In this document: positions 1-10,519 of the stretch, one piece after another
How the letters are laid out: each line of letters begins with the position of its first letter
Numbering within the stretch: position 1 is the first letter of the stretch
Assembly: GCA_018662825.1 (NCBI GenBank)
Contig: JABJFI010000081.1
Coordinates: forward strand, 1-55,481
DNA: 55,481 nt
Reading direction: 5' to 3'
DNA from: Methanobacteriota archaeon
GTDB taxonomy: Archaea > Thermoplasmatota > Poseidoniia > Poseidoniales > Poseidoniaceae
The notes under the pieces: model-generated
The model's input: the letters and a program-made list of their open reading frames with translations, nothing else
Database searches by the model: none
Told to the model about the DNA's origin: nothing
Translations under genes and position numbers: made by a program

Positions 1-1
1 C

Positions 2-352
2 AAATCGCTTCTGTTTCTTCCAGACCACGATACATGGGATGAGACACTTGCAGTTCACAACAGTTCCTCAATTCGAGAATGGTTGGCAACGATGAATGTA
101 GATATTGCGTTGGTCGATGGAACATTTTGGTCTGAAGATGAACTCGGTGGACGTAATCAATCTCAGGTCCCACATCCACCGGTTATGCAAACTCTCAAAA
201 TGCTTGGTGAGAAGAATCAAGACGACCCCGAAATTTTGTTCACACACCTGAATCATACCAACCCGTTATACAATCGCAACAGCGAGCAAAGAAATGAAGT
301 TGAACGGCTTGGATGGAGCATTGCTTACCAAGGTCAACGTTTCACGCTGTGA
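2..352 (+). CDS. PqqB-like metallo-beta-lactamase-fold hydrolase, C-terminal part (5' truncated by window)
   Basis: Frame is open from position 2 (KSLLFLPDHD...). Carries DGTFW, PHP and FTHLNHTNP motifs typical of PqqB-like MBL proteins. Confidence 0.75.
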   Translation, partial: KSLLFLPDHDTWDETLAVHNSSSIREWLATMNVDIALVDGTFWSEDELGGRNQSQVPHPPVMQTLKMLGEKNQDDPEILFTHLNHTNPLYNRNSEQRNEVERLGWSIAYQGQRFTL

Positions 353-2441
353 TTTCTTGAATTTCATAGTCTAATACGATAACTTCGATAGAATAGTCAA
401 CGTTTTCTCCATCATCAGTATGTTGGCATCCGGCTCCGCCGCCAACACCAACATCAACGGAAATATCAATGGAATATTCGCCAAGTCCTGCGCCATCAGA
501 ATCCAAACCAGCAATAATTTCATTTCTTGTGACATCTGAAACATTTCCGATCATTGAAGCATTATACCATTCAACGAGTGTTTCATGTGAAGCAGGAGCC
601 CCTTCTTGGTTTTGGCCGCTTTCAGAGCCGTTGAATTCGTTATGCACCAGCATTCCTGTGATGGAATCGGGTTCTGCCGCTCCCCCGCTTACAAAACAAC
701 CAATTCCAACACTGTTTTCATCCTCTGAATATGTCATGGTAATCTTTGCACCAACGATGTTTAATGTATTGTCGTTCAAAGAATCGGTTGATAAGTTTAG
801 AGAAAATGTCTCTCCGTCGGAGATGTATTCTCCTCCGTTGTCAAGCATCAATATCCGGAAATTTGCAGTCACATCGTAGTTTCCGGATACACCCGCCTCT
901 TCGGACTCTTCGGGTGCAAAGGCGAAATATGAAACCTCAACACATGCTGCAAGAACAAGCACGACAGCCACACCAATACCCATTGACCTGTCTTTTGGAA
1001 CGGAAAATCTACCAAATGGATTGTCGGGCGATTCATTGCGGAATTGGCAGAATGCGAAGTGGGTTGCGAATGCAGCCCCCATTCCAGGAACTGAAGGAAA
1101 GATATCGTCGCCAAGACCAAGAATCGTCCAAACGATAACACCAGTCATGGCAGCAATCATCATGGAGATTGTATGTTTTGAATCGGGCTCATAACCCACC
1201 ATTCTGACTAACAACAATGGAACAAAGATGCCTCCAAGGCCATAGACGGCGAGGACTACGAGCTTGAATACCGAATCTCCGAATCCAGGCAATTGTTGAC
1301 CTACCAATGAAATGGCAGTGGCAAAGATTGCAACGCCAAGCGTCACTTTCTTTGTGGTTTTATGGTCTTGACTCCATTCTGGTTTTACGTCGTCGGTAAT
1401 CGCTGCGGTGCAGGCAAGGACTTGACTATCAGCAGTCGACATAGTTGCTGCAAAAATAGAAGCGAGAATCAAGCCCCCGAGGAAAGGACTCAATTGTTCC
1501 ATAGCGAGTTTTGGCAACCCGGTTTCAGCACCAGACGAACCGAGTTCTGGCAACAATACTCTGCAGGCAAGACCAATGAGGAACATGATGACGATAAAAG
1601 GAGTCTGCCAAACGAAAAACCACACCATCGCTTCTTTTCGAGCCTTGTCATCCTTCAGAGTCATGACTCGTGAAACTACTTGTGGTTGGCCAGCAACACC
1701 AAGCCCTCCAAGGAAGAAGGCAGCAATCCAAAGAGTTGCACCAAACTTCAATCCAGAGGGAAAAATATTGACCATTCCTGGGTCAAGAGCCTTCAGTTCA
1801 GTATGGAGGCCCGAGAATCCACCAGAGCCTTTTATTGCAACGAAACACAAGATTGCTGAGCCAATAATCATGACACATGACTGGGCAGCATCGGTCCAAA
1901 TCGATGCGCGTATTCCACCTGCATAGCAATATGCGACAACAAGAACAAAGCCGATGAGAATACCAATAGTCGGGGACCAATTGAGCATGACTTCGAGTGC
2001 GACCCCGCCAGCAGTCAATTGTGCAGCAGCATATATTGAGAGGAATACAACAGAAAGGATTGCAGCTACCCGTGCTTCGGGGGACCCTGTAGTGTTTGAA
2101 ACGAGAGAGGACAATGAACGGATACCGCGCTCCTCACCTTGTTTCTGAATGTATTTGTAGAGCCAAATCCATGCTACTAGTTGGCCAATGGTCGAGACAA
2201 CAGCAATCCAAATTGCGGAATAGCCGTTGATGAATATGAATCCAATAAATCCGATGAACATGTATCCGGAATTCCAAGTGCTGACCGCAGATAGGGCGGC
2301 TAGAGCCGGATGCATTCCCCTGCCAGCAACCAGATAGTCATCGGTAGTGTCTTCCTTGACACGCATTGATGCAAGGCCGACCCCCGCAAAGAACAGCATG
2401 AATAGCAAGAAAGAGCCCAAGAGAAGTATACTGTCTGCCAT
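342..2441 (-). CDS. Sodium:solute (proline, PutP-like) symporter with C-terminal extracellular extension
   Basis: DYLVAGR, YCYAGGIRASIWTD, GQPQVVSR and AATMSTADSQ SSS-family motifs; many TM helices. Likely start MADS at 2441. Confidence 0.85.
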   Translation of the reverse strand: MADSILLLGSFLLFMLFFAGVGLASMRVKEDTTDDYLVAGRGMHPALAALSAVSTWNSGYMFIGFIGFIFINGYSAIWIAVVSTIGQLVAWIWLYKYIQKQGEERGIRSLSSLVSNTTGSPEARVAAILSVVFLSIYAAAQLTAGGVALEVMLNWSPTIGILIGFVLVVAYCYAGGIRASIWTDAAQSCVMIIGSAILCFVAIKGSGGFSGLHTELKALDPGMVNIFPSGLKFGATLWIAAFFLGGLGVAGQPQVVSRVMTLKDDKARKEAMVWFFVWQTPFIVIMFLIGLACRVLLPELGSSGAETGLPKLAMEQLSPFLGGLILASIFAATMSTADSQVLACTAAITDDVKPEWSQDHKTTKKVTLGVAIFATAISLVGQQLPGFGDSVFKLVVLAVYGLGGIFVPLLLVRMVGYEPDSKHTISMMIAAMTGVIVWTILGLGDDIFPSVPGMGAAFATHFAFCQFRNESPDNPFGRFSVPKDRSMGIGVAVVLVLAACVEVSYFAFAPEESEEAGVSGNYDVTANFRILMLDNGGEYISDGETFSLNLSTDSLNDNTLNIVGAKITMTYSEDENSVGIGCFVSGGAAEPDSITGMLVHNEFNGSESGQNQEGAPASHETLVEWYNASMIGNVSDVTRNEIIAGLDSDGAGLGEYSIDISVDVGVGGGAGCQHTDDGENVDYSIEVIVLDYEIQEITA

Positions 2442-2449
2442 ACAATCAA

Positions 2450-3346
2450 TCACTCCAGTTTCCAACGAAGAAGGGCTTTGTCTTCAACTTCACTTGTCCA
2501 TGCAGGCACAATAAGGCAGTTTAAGCGCCCCCCTTCCAAAGTTTCAAGCCCCCCAAGGGTCGTAAATACGATGTTTTGTTCCCGAGTCCCCATATCAGAA
2601 CACAAAACTACCGGCAATTCATCCATTTCTTGGAGCAAAAATGCCTTGAAAGTCGCCTCTTGTACTGCAATAAGGGTTGATTCTGGCGGAGTTGTAAATT
2701 GCTTTAACCGCTCATCTAAGGTTGACCACATCAAATCCATTGAACGCTTTGCATCATTCGGTTTCATTGGCCGTTGGTCGCCAGTACCTTGGCCAGTGGG
2801 GTCAAGGTCGAAAAGCACCAATGAATGAAGGCCCCGAAATTTGTTGACAGCAATCATCTCAAGGGGTGATGTAGCAATCCAATCACCGTAAGGGTAAGTC
2901 AGTGTCGTCTGGCGTCCAAATCGATAATTGGATAGTCCAACCGCTCCTGTGACAATGGTCGTGATTGAGACGCCATGGAAAACATGACAGTCAATCCCAT
3001 TTTCAATGGCTTGTAGTTGGAGGTCAACGTGTGTTGTTGCTTGTAGTGGGTCACCAACAACTAGTAAGGCGACAAGTGATGTTTTTGCCAAAGCAAACAA
3101 TTCATCTGGATTCTCAACCTCAGGCCGCATAATACGTTTAATTTCACCAATATTTTCTTCAAGTAAAGCAAGCTCATCTTCAGGCCAAAGAGCAGTGTAT
3201 GCTTCATAGCGACGATGTGACGCTGCCTTTGCCGCCTCCCTCGCTTCAATCGTCATTCCAGCAACGGTTCCAGGCCCCATTCCAATCAATAACAGTCCTG
3301 TTTCGGGTAGGTTTTCCAAAACAGTCATTTTCTCCGCCATGCTCAA
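2450..3346 (-). CDS. dph5: Diphthine synthase
   Basis: LLIGMGP, YEAYTA, LVVGDPLQATTH, GLSNYRFGRQTTL and GLHSLVLFDL motifs. Confidence 0.9.
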   Translation of the reverse strand: MSMAEKMTVLENLPETGLLLIGMGPGTVAGMTIEAREAAKAASHRRYEAYTALWPEDELALLEENIGEIKRIMRPEVENPDELFALAKTSLVALLVVGDPLQATTHVDLQLQAIENGIDCHVFHGVSITTIVTGAVGLSNYRFGRQTTLTYPYGDWIATSPLEMIAVNKFRGLHSLVLFDLDPTGQGTGDQRPMKPNDAKRSMDLMWSTLDERLKQFTTPPESTLIAVQEATFKAFLLQEMDELPVVLCSDMGTREQNIVFTTLGGLETLEGGRLNCLIVPAWTSEVEDKALLRWKLE

Positions 3347-3377
3347 ACCTCAGACTCGCTTGGATGGAGCGAGTGTC

Positions 3378-4496
3378 ATGCGTCATTTGAGTGTGCCGAG
3401 CGCGCAAACCCAACATTGGTTGGACCTATGCCGCACTCAAAAATGGTCCAGCAATGAGGCCGGAGTCACTCGTCTTGACAATGGAAGAAACGCCATACCA
3501 ATCAACGACTCAGCCCCCGGTGAAGAAGATGAAGTGTGGTGTAATAATCCACATATCGAAATTGAAGTTCAACAAAAAGGACCCACCCATTGGCTCGACC
3601 ACATCGATGAAGAATTAGCAGAAACTTATCGCGAAGATTGGCCGCACTCGTATGAAATTCAGGGCGATATTCTCATCGTTAAAATCGAAGAAACAGTTTG
3701 GATTTATGGTGAAATGATTGCCGATGCAATGCTTACTCAACTGCCAAACATTCGCTTGGTATGTGCAGATTTAGGCGTCAAAGGCGAATTCAGAGTTCGA
3801 GAATTACACCCTCTCGCTAGTCGAGATGGAACACTTGAGACACGGACACGGATACGCGAAAATGGCTACTTGCTTTGGGTCGACCCGACAGCAGTATACT
3901 TTTCATCCAGATTATCAAACGAAAGAGTCGAAACACTCGCAACAGCAAAACAACTTCGAAATCAATTGAAACGCCCTCTAGTCGTTTGCGACCCTTATGC
4001 CGGTGTGGGTCCAAGTCTCGGCGCTTTACTCTCTGAGCCTGACCTTGTTTCAGGTTATTATGTTGGAGACCTAAATCCCGATGCAACTGAATTACTTGCA
4101 CTCAATATCGAATACCTCGACTCGCGCCGGAAAAACGCACAAGGGGGCCAAGTTGCACCTCTCTATCCTGCCGAACTTCATTGCCGCGATGCACTTGAAT
4201 GGGCTAAAGATTCTGGAAATCACAATCAAATAGATCTGCTTCTGGTTAACCTCCCGCACCAAAGCATAAGCCATATTGAAGCGCTTCTTCCCTTGTTAAA
4301 ACGTAATCAGACCAGCGTTCTACGCGGGTGGGCAATCATTGAACGTTTAGAATCCGATGAGAACGAAGAGGCGATACGCTGTGCGATTTCTTCAGCCAAC
4401 GGCAATCTTGAGAAATTTACTTTCAAGGAAGTTAAAGGCTTCTCAACAACCAAGAGTTTCATGTGTTTTGAAGCATGGTTAAACCTGTCCGTTTGA
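3378..4496 (+). CDS. trm5: Trm5/Taw2-family tRNA methyltransferase
   Basis: YEIQGDILIV, GEFRVR, RENG..VD..VYFSSRL..ER, DPYAGVGP, DLNP and VNLP motifs. Likely start at MRHL. Confidence 0.75.
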   Translation: MRHLSVPSAQTQHWLDLCRTQKWSSNEAGVTRLDNGRNAIPINDSAPGEEDEVWCNNPHIEIEVQQKGPTHWLDHIDEELAETYREDWPHSYEIQGDILIVKIEETVWIYGEMIADAMLTQLPNIRLVCADLGVKGEFRVRELHPLASRDGTLETRTRIRENGYLLWVDPTAVYFSSRLSNERVETLATAKQLRNQLKRPLVVCDPYAGVGPSLGALLSEPDLVSGYYVGDLNPDATELLALNIEYLDSRRKNAQGGQVAPLYPAELHCRDALEWAKDSGNHNQIDLLLVNLPHQSISHIEALLPLLKRNQTSVLRGWAIIERLESDENEEAIRCAISSANGNLEKFTFKEVKGFSTTKSFMCFEAWLNLSV

Positions 4497-4534
4497 GCGT
4501 TGAGTTCATCAAGCGGAACGACTTCGGGTCAATC

Positions 4535-4660
4535 ATGGAGAACACCGTTACATGCGTTTGCGGCGTAAAAATTGATGTTGCTGGAGCAACACCGAGAAAG
4601 GACGGAACCAAAGTTTGGTGCAAAGTTTGTGGAACGGTTTCTGTCCACCATCGAATGTGA
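4535..4660 (+). CDS. Small (41 aa) zinc-ribbon protein
   Basis: MENTVTCVCG...VWCKVCG contains two Cys pairs and fills the intergenic gap. Confidence 0.6.
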   Translation: MENTVTCVCGVKIDVAGATPRKDGTKVWCKVCGTVSVHHRM

Positions 4661-4670
4661 ATTATATTGT

Positions 4671-5570
4671 TCATTCTTCTTGTTCATCTATTCGATTTTC
4701 CTGTAATGCCGAAGTTCCAGGCTTTGCAGGGAAGAAAAACCACAGGACTGGAACAATGAACATAGCCGGAATATTTTTCCCATATTTTAAATCTAAATGT
4801 GAGTGGAATTCGACGAATGAACGTGCATCTGTATCATTTTCATCTGGAACATTCTCACGTAGCGCCGAATAATTTCCAGGTTCAACCAACCCTAAATCAT
4901 AGCCACTAAACATCATTTCAAAACGAACACCGGGCCAGATAATCGAATTTTCAACATTAGTTTTTTGATGTGCTATTGCTCCTTGTTCGGTTTTTACTAC
5001 AAACGTTTCATCGGCAAGAGAGTCTTGGTTCTCGGCGTTTTCCTCATCTACACCCCCTAAGTCAAGCACATAAGTCGCTGGTACAACAACAAGAAAACAC
5101 ACTACAACGCCTGCCAATATAGCAGCTCGAAAAGTTGTATGAAATGGAATTCCGGCGATGACCAAACATTCACTAATACAGAGAAAAACCAAAGCAGACA
5201 ATGTCAGTAACCTTCCGTTTTGCAACCAATCAAAATCTTCTTCAAGTTCCGAAGAGGGTTGTTGGGCGCCATTATTGGATGATGGAACACTTGAATTAGA
5301 TTGAGATGAATTAACCGGCTCATCATAATCACGGAATGCCATATACAATAAAAAAGAGGTAGAATTTTCCATTTCAACATCGATAAGCGTTTGTTCTTTA
5401 TCGATAGCAACAAGAGCCTTCACCTTAGTTGGTGCTGGTTGACCTTCTGTATATTGTCCTTCAAACTGAACAACAAGCCATGCTGAGAGAAATAGATGAA
5501 CAGCAATTAGTACAGTGCCAAGTAACCTGCAACCATCCCCTACACGGCTGTGTTGTGGTCGTAGGGCCAT
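4671..5570 (-). CDS. Hypothetical membrane protein
   Basis: 299-aa ORF with 3-4 hydrophobic segments. Confidence 0.65.
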   Translation of the reverse strand: MALRPQHSRVGDGCRLLGTVLIAVHLFLSAWLVVQFEGQYTEGQPAPTKVKALVAIDKEQTLIDVEMENSTSFLLYMAFRDYDEPVNSSQSNSSVPSSNNGAQQPSSELEEDFDWLQNGRLLTLSALVFLCISECLVIAGIPFHTTFRAAILAGVVVCFLVVVPATYVLDLGGVDEENAENQDSLADETFVVKTEQGAIAHQKTNVENSIIWPGVRFEMMFSGYDLGLVEPGNYSALRENVPDENDTDARSFVEFHSHLDLKYGKNIPAMFIVPVLWFFFPAKPGTSALQENRIDEQEE

Positions 5571-5607
5571 ATCTTGCCCCCAGTGCCATTTGTACTTGAG
5601 TATTCAA

Positions 5608-8592
5608 TCATTCTTCGTCTTTATGTCGACTTCCAGCAACAACACCAGCAAGTGCGATGACAGCAATCATTGAGATTGGAGAAAGGAATGGCAATAAGCC
5701 GGATTCTTCTGCTAATTCTTCGGCAGTTGGCGGAGGTGTCGTTGTTGGGCCATCAGTTGAAGATTCAGGGAGGTCCAATCCACTAGTATCAACGCCAGCC
5801 TCTTCGAGGTCTTCAAGAATATCATCTAAGTCGTGGCTTTCTACATCAACAATTTCATTGATTGTTGTTGCATCTTCCATGCCGTTTGTTGCAGTGTTTG
5901 CATCAAGGCCGGTCAAGTATCGAATACTGAGTTTCGCCGGAGCATCATCCATGTAACCTTCAGTATCAGGGCCAGCCAAGGTATAGGCTCCATCATCATT
6001 CATGACGTAAACACCAACACCAACCATTGCAGCGTGTTCGTTGCTCCACAAAGGAGCCCATATACCATCGTTGTAAGGGAATTCTTCGAATGGTTCAACC
6101 GTTTCAAGCCGGTCTTCAAGGTTCATTCCGAACTGTTCAAGCACATCTTCAAGTCCCGATTCTGCGATTGCACCGAAAACAGTTTCAATACGTTCGCTTA
6201 CATCTGGTCCATTATCTTCAACAAATGTGCATTCGTTTTGCGAGGCATACGGGGCAGTCTCTCCCTCTTCAACAAGTGCGAAAGTTACACAATAATCGCC
6301 TTCTTCAAGAACAGAAACCGATTCCTCAAGTGAATACCATGATTCAGTTCCATTAATGGCCACAGAGTCAGAATAGATTTGAGCTTGATTTGGGTCAACA
6401 ACCGAGATAGTCATTGTTGCACCCCCTTCATTATTCCAATCCTTAAATGCTCCATAGAAAGTAACTTCAAGACCATCCGACCAAATGGCGGGGTGTTCGT
6501 CTAATTCGGGTCCAGTCCAGTATGTGTCACAGGTCTGAGGCAATTCGAGGAGTGGTGAAGCGGCGCCAGTTTCACTGATTGTTGCAGTCATACACATAGT
6601 CGCCTCGCCGTATTCAGTAGGAGCAGAAATACCAGTGTCTTCCGACCAAGAAGTTTGCCATTCTTGGTTCGAATCACACGTACTTTCACAGATTGTCGAT
6701 TCACTTGATGAAAGTGGATTTCCAACATCATCAAAAAGCGTCATTTGTAAAGTGTAATGATGTTGGACTCCTTCATCTTCAGCAGTTGTGCAATCTGCAG
6801 TATAGTCGTTCACCCACGACCAATCAATAGTACTACCGTCGTTGCAAGTGAAAAGGTTTGTTCCATCGGACTCATCTTCCCCGCCTGTACAATCATTGTT
6901 GCCATCATTGACATGCACCCAGTCGAGTATCGCCCCATCATCACATGTAAATTTGGCTAAGTCGCCAACTTCTGCTAGTGGCGTTCCGCCGACAATAGAG
7001 GTTTGAACGGTCATAGTTGCACCCCATGAATGAATATCGCCAACAAGTTTCCCTGTTGAACCGGCAGGACTGTGGCCTGTAGCATAGAGGTATTGCTGAG
7101 CAAGAACATTCCCATTCCTATTATCGATAATCATAATTGAAATAGAACACGATTGCCCTGATGCACATAGGTCACCGTCATCGACAATATTCACGACCCC
7201 TCCAACCTGCCAATACGTATTGGGTGTTGAGGAGACTTCAACAAGACTACAGAGTCCATTTGAAGACTCCCCTTGATTGGTGCATGTGGCTTGCACATCA
7301 TCACCGATCGAAACCTTCACCAGAACATCGTCCCAGTTCAAGTCCTCACCAGAATACATTGTTATTTTAGCTAAGTTGTCACTATATTCATCGTTCATAG
7401 CCTCTTCAGGATTGAATTGATACAGAAACAATTGACCCTCAGTATTTGCACAACCGAAACAGAACCAATCCTCCAACGCATCTGTAAGTCCGTCGCCGAG
7501 GTCTTCGCCAATTTGTTCAGCGAATGCTTCCCCAGAGCCTGCTAACACGTAACCCATCATCATAAACATCAATGGGTTGCCAGGTGGGCAGGATTCACAA
7601 CTTTCGACCGAGGTAGTCAAACCCTCACCATCGCCGAGGTCAACAGTAAACGTATCTCCCTTGTTGAAATCCCATTCGCCAAAAACTTCCATGTCAAAGT
7701 TTCCAGAATCGGTCAAGGAATCTGAAACTTCAAGGTCGAATGCACCAGCATCCATTCCGAAGTCTTCCGTTGGAATGCCTTCTACAGAGAAACTATAGTC
7801 GACAGCGCCGGTATAGTCTCCTTCCAAGTCCCCACATTGTTCGTCTCCACATTCCCAATAATAGTGGTCATTAGATGAGATCTCGACATATACTGGGTCG
7901 GGGGAGCCTAAGCGCCATTCGGATGTGGAATCAGTAATTGAATAGCCTATGGTAAGTTCTGCATCAAAATCAACAGGGAAAGAATCTCCTCCTCCTTCGA
8001 ATAATGCATCGATGTTTAATCCGACATCAGCTGAAACTTCCATACTAAATTCCATGTCCGCACCGATAAGGTTGGAATTATCATCAAGATATTCTGTGTA
8101 AGTCATATCAACGGTCAAAACCTGCTCGAGACTTTGAACAACATCGATATCAAAACTTGTTTCATCGGAACCGAAAGTAGTTTCCGACCAATCAGTTTGT
8201 AGAATTGAATCGGCAAGAACGCCGTGCCGGAGTGTGACATCATCGGTTCGACTCCAAACAGAAACATCGTTTCCATTATTGTCTTGGATGGTTTGAGGGG
8301 TAATATCTTCGGTATGGTGAACATAAACGTTTGAAGCACCGGTTTGTAATTGTCCGATAATGAGATTGAATCCAGCATCATCCGCCGCACCCATGACTTC
8401 ACCGAGAATTTCAGGAATATCGAGGCCAGTGAAGTTTTCAAGGTCAGTATCAACACTGTTCCAATCATATTCAACTCCGTAGTAGAATTCAGATGCTTCT
8501 GTGGGCACAGCAGCAACGCTACTTAGCGGCGCAAGAGACGCAAGAAGAAGGGCGGTCATCAGCAAGCTTGGTAAGGAACTACGGGCGTTCAT
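5608..8592 (-). CDS. Large acidic secreted surface protein with pilin-like module, two LDL-receptor-A-like repeats and a PGF-CTERM-like anchor
   Basis: Signal peptide MNARSS...AA. Repeats FTCDDG..VNDGNNDC..GEDE and FTCNDG..VND..DC..AEDE. Thr/Pro linker then LPFLSP, a TM helix and a basic tail. Confidence 0.75.
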   Translation of the reverse strand: MNARSSLPSLLMTALLLASLAPLSSVAAVPTEASEFYYGVEYDWNSVDTDLENFTGLDIPEILGEVMGAADDAGFNLIIGQLQTGASNVYVHHTEDITPQTIQDNNGNDVSVWSRTDDVTLRHGVLADSILQTDWSETTFGSDETSFDIDVVQSLEQVLTVDMTYTEYLDDNSNLIGADMEFSMEVSADVGLNIDALFEGGGDSFPVDFDAELTIGYSITDSTSEWRLGSPDPVYVEISSNDHYYWECGDEQCGDLEGDYTGAVDYSFSVEGIPTEDFGMDAGAFDLEVSDSLTDSGNFDMEVFGEWDFNKGDTFTVDLGDGEGLTTSVESCESCPPGNPLMFMMMGYVLAGSGEAFAEQIGEDLGDGLTDALEDWFCFGCANTEGQLFLYQFNPEEAMNDEYSDNLAKITMYSGEDLNWDDVLVKVSIGDDVQATCTNQGESSNGLCSLVEVSSTPNTYWQVGGVVNIVDDGDLCASGQSCSISIMIIDNRNGNVLAQQYLYATGHSPAGSTGKLVGDIHSWGATMTVQTSIVGGTPLAEVGDLAKFTCDDGAILDWVHVNDGNNDCTGGEDESDGTNLFTCNDGSTIDWSWVNDYTADCTTAEDEGVQHHYTLQMTLFDDVGNPLSSSESTICESTCDSNQEWQTSWSEDTGISAPTEYGEATMCMTATISETGAASPLLELPQTCDTYWTGPELDEHPAIWSDGLEVTFYGAFKDWNNEGGATMTISVVDPNQAQIYSDSVAINGTESWYSLEESVSVLEEGDYCVTFALVEEGETAPYASQNECTFVEDNGPDVSERIETVFGAIAESGLEDVLEQFGMNLEDRLETVEPFEEFPYNDGIWAPLWSNEHAAMVGVGVYVMNDDGAYTLAGPDTEGYMDDAPAKLSIRYLTGLDANTATNGMEDATTINEIVDVESHDLDDILEDLEEAGVDTSGLDLPESSTDGPTTTPPPTAEELAEESGLLPFLSPISMIAVIALAGVVAGSRHKDEE

Positions 8593-8665
8593 GGTGAAAA
8601 GGACCCCCATCAACAATATCAAAGTTTTGGGGGGGCCAGATTGATAAAAAAGCGACTAACCCTCT

Positions 8666-9259
8666 TTATTTTGAAGCCTTTGCCTTTCGACAAACTTCGA
8701 CAAAATTCTCAAACATTTCCTTTCCGAATTCTGAATCATTTACTTCGGGGTGAAACTGTAAACCAAATCGGGTCCCTTGTTGGTTCTCCATGCCTTGAAC
8801 TTTACATGAAGGGCTACTTGCAGTGATGAAAAAGTCTTCAGGAACGGCATGAACTTCATCGTTATGCGATTCCCAAACAGTTTGAGATTGCGCGGTATTG
8901 GCAAATATTACGCCACCACCGTTTTGCAATTCTATTTGCATTGCACCAAATTCAGGTTCAGGCGATTCACGGGCATCGCCACCGTAAAAGCGGGCCATGA
9001 ATTGGTGTCCTGCACAAATACCGAGAACGGGCACATCAAGTTCAAGATAAGCCCCACAGTTACCCAACTCGCCTGTAAGGCCAACACGGGCGGCCCCACC
9101 AGAGAGAATGATTCCGTCTACTTCTCTCATTTCCTCAACGGGTGTTGTATTTTCGATAATTTTTGTATCGACCTTGAGATATCGAAGCATTCTCCATTCT
9201 CTGTGGGTCCATTGGCCGCCGTTATCTACGACGTCGATGATAAGTGGTTGTTCATCCAT
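8666..9259 (-). CDS. guaAA: GMP synthase, glutamine amidotransferase subunit A
   Basis: VVDNGGQWTHR, ILSGG, LGICAGHQ, SHNDEV and QFHPEV motifs. SD-like AGGTGA upstream of ATG 9259. Confidence 0.92.
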   Translation of the reverse strand: MDEQPLIIDVVDNGGQWTHREWRMLRYLKVDTKIIENTTPVEEMREVDGIILSGGAARVGLTGELGNCGAYLELDVPVLGICAGHQFMARFYGGDARESPEPEFGAMQIELQNGGGVIFANTAQSQTVWESHNDEVHAVPEDFFITASSPSCKVQGMENQQGTRFGLQFHPEVNDSEFGKEMFENFVEVCRKAKASK

Positions 9260-9344
9260 ATATTCACCTGTGTTAGTCGAATAACCTTGAACATGCCGCA
9301 CCAAAAGCGTAGAAGAATGGTTTGATGGAGCAGAACAGTGACCG

Positions 9345-10487
9345 ATGGGCATGGTGCGAGTACTTGTAGTCGGTGCAGGCCTCGCAGGCCTATCTTGCGC
9401 TCTTGAAGCAACTATTGCAGGCCATCATGTGGTGGTGCTCGAACGCTCAACACGAATTGGAGGGCGAGGCACAACTCAGAACCTTGAATCGTTTCCAGTG
9501 GGATACGGCCCCCATCTTTTCCTCAAAAAGGGCCCCTTCCATAACCTTGTTCGAAAACTCAGTCGCGTCAAACTCGCCACTTCCCCTCTTCGCCTTCATC
9601 GAACCGAACTTATCGGACAAGGCATTATTAGGCCCCTTGAAGATGTTAAAACCTCAATTGTGAACAAGCGAATTTTACGCGACCCAAGTAGCACTCATCC
9701 TTTGGCAGAAGGATGCCATTTTCTTTCGTCTTGGGGCGGCCAAACCAATACGTTCCGTTACACAGGTCTTCAAAAGAACAATCTCTTGGTTTCAAATGAA
9801 GGGTGGGCTGGAATGGTGGGTCGGCTTGCAGCAGCTTTAGACGAAGTAGGTGTTTTTGTCGAATGCGGGCCGAATGTACAACGCATTGAACAGGGCAAAG
9901 CATTTCTTGTAGATGGCAGAGAGATCGAAACAGATGTTATTGTTCTCGCTTGCGGCCCTTCTGCAGCCAAAAAACTCGTTGGTACTATGGACGAGCAACG
10001 TTCCATCGATTTATTTTCACCCCTAAAGCGCATTTCAGCAAGTTTTCTTGAAGTGGGTTTGGATTCAAAATCACTTTCCGGTAAACACGCAGTTATCGAC
10101 TTACAGAGCCAATGTGCAATCCTCGATTATCGTGCCATACAACCGCGTCTTGGGCGTGAAGGAAGCCACCTTTCTGCTCTTGCCGTGGGCGGTCTTGATT
10201 CTGACCCTGGCGAAACAAGGTACGCTTCATCCGAAGAACGCCTTGCAACTCTCAAAACCTTTCTCGACCAAAGAGCCAGTGGTTGGCAAGAACATATCAT
10301 ACACCAATCCGAACAATCGAAAATCACTCTTCATGACGCGGGCCAATACCGTATCCCGCAACAGGCATTGGCCAATTCAGGCATACTTTTTGCAGGCCCT
10401 TGGGTTGAAGGGGACCACATCCTTGCAGACGCAGCCGTCGCTTCTGGCCGTTTAGCAGGGAGGAGTATTTCTTCAGTCAATACTTGA
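9345..10487 (+). CDS. FAD-dependent oxidoreductase (phytoene dehydrogenase/amine oxidase-like)
   Basis: N-terminal VVGAGLAG...LE..IGGR Rossmann motif; C-terminal AG.W...LADAAVASG. Confidence 0.8.
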   Translation: MGMVRVLVVGAGLAGLSCALEATIAGHHVVVLERSTRIGGRGTTQNLESFPVGYGPHLFLKKGPFHNLVRKLSRVKLATSPLRLHRTELIGQGIIRPLEDVKTSIVNKRILRDPSSTHPLAEGCHFLSSWGGQTNTFRYTGLQKNNLLVSNEGWAGMVGRLAAALDEVGVFVECGPNVQRIEQGKAFLVDGREIETDVIVLACGPSAAKKLVGTMDEQRSIDLFSPLKRISASFLEVGLDSKSLSGKHAVIDLQSQCAILDYRAIQPRLGREGSHLSALAVGGLDSDPGETRYASSEERLATLKTFLDQRASGWQEHIIHQSEQSKITLHDAGQYRIPQQALANSGILFAGPWVEGDHILADAAVASGRLAGRSISSVNT

Positions 10488-10519
10488 AGACTTATCCACT
10501 TCCGACTTTTGGCCAAACC

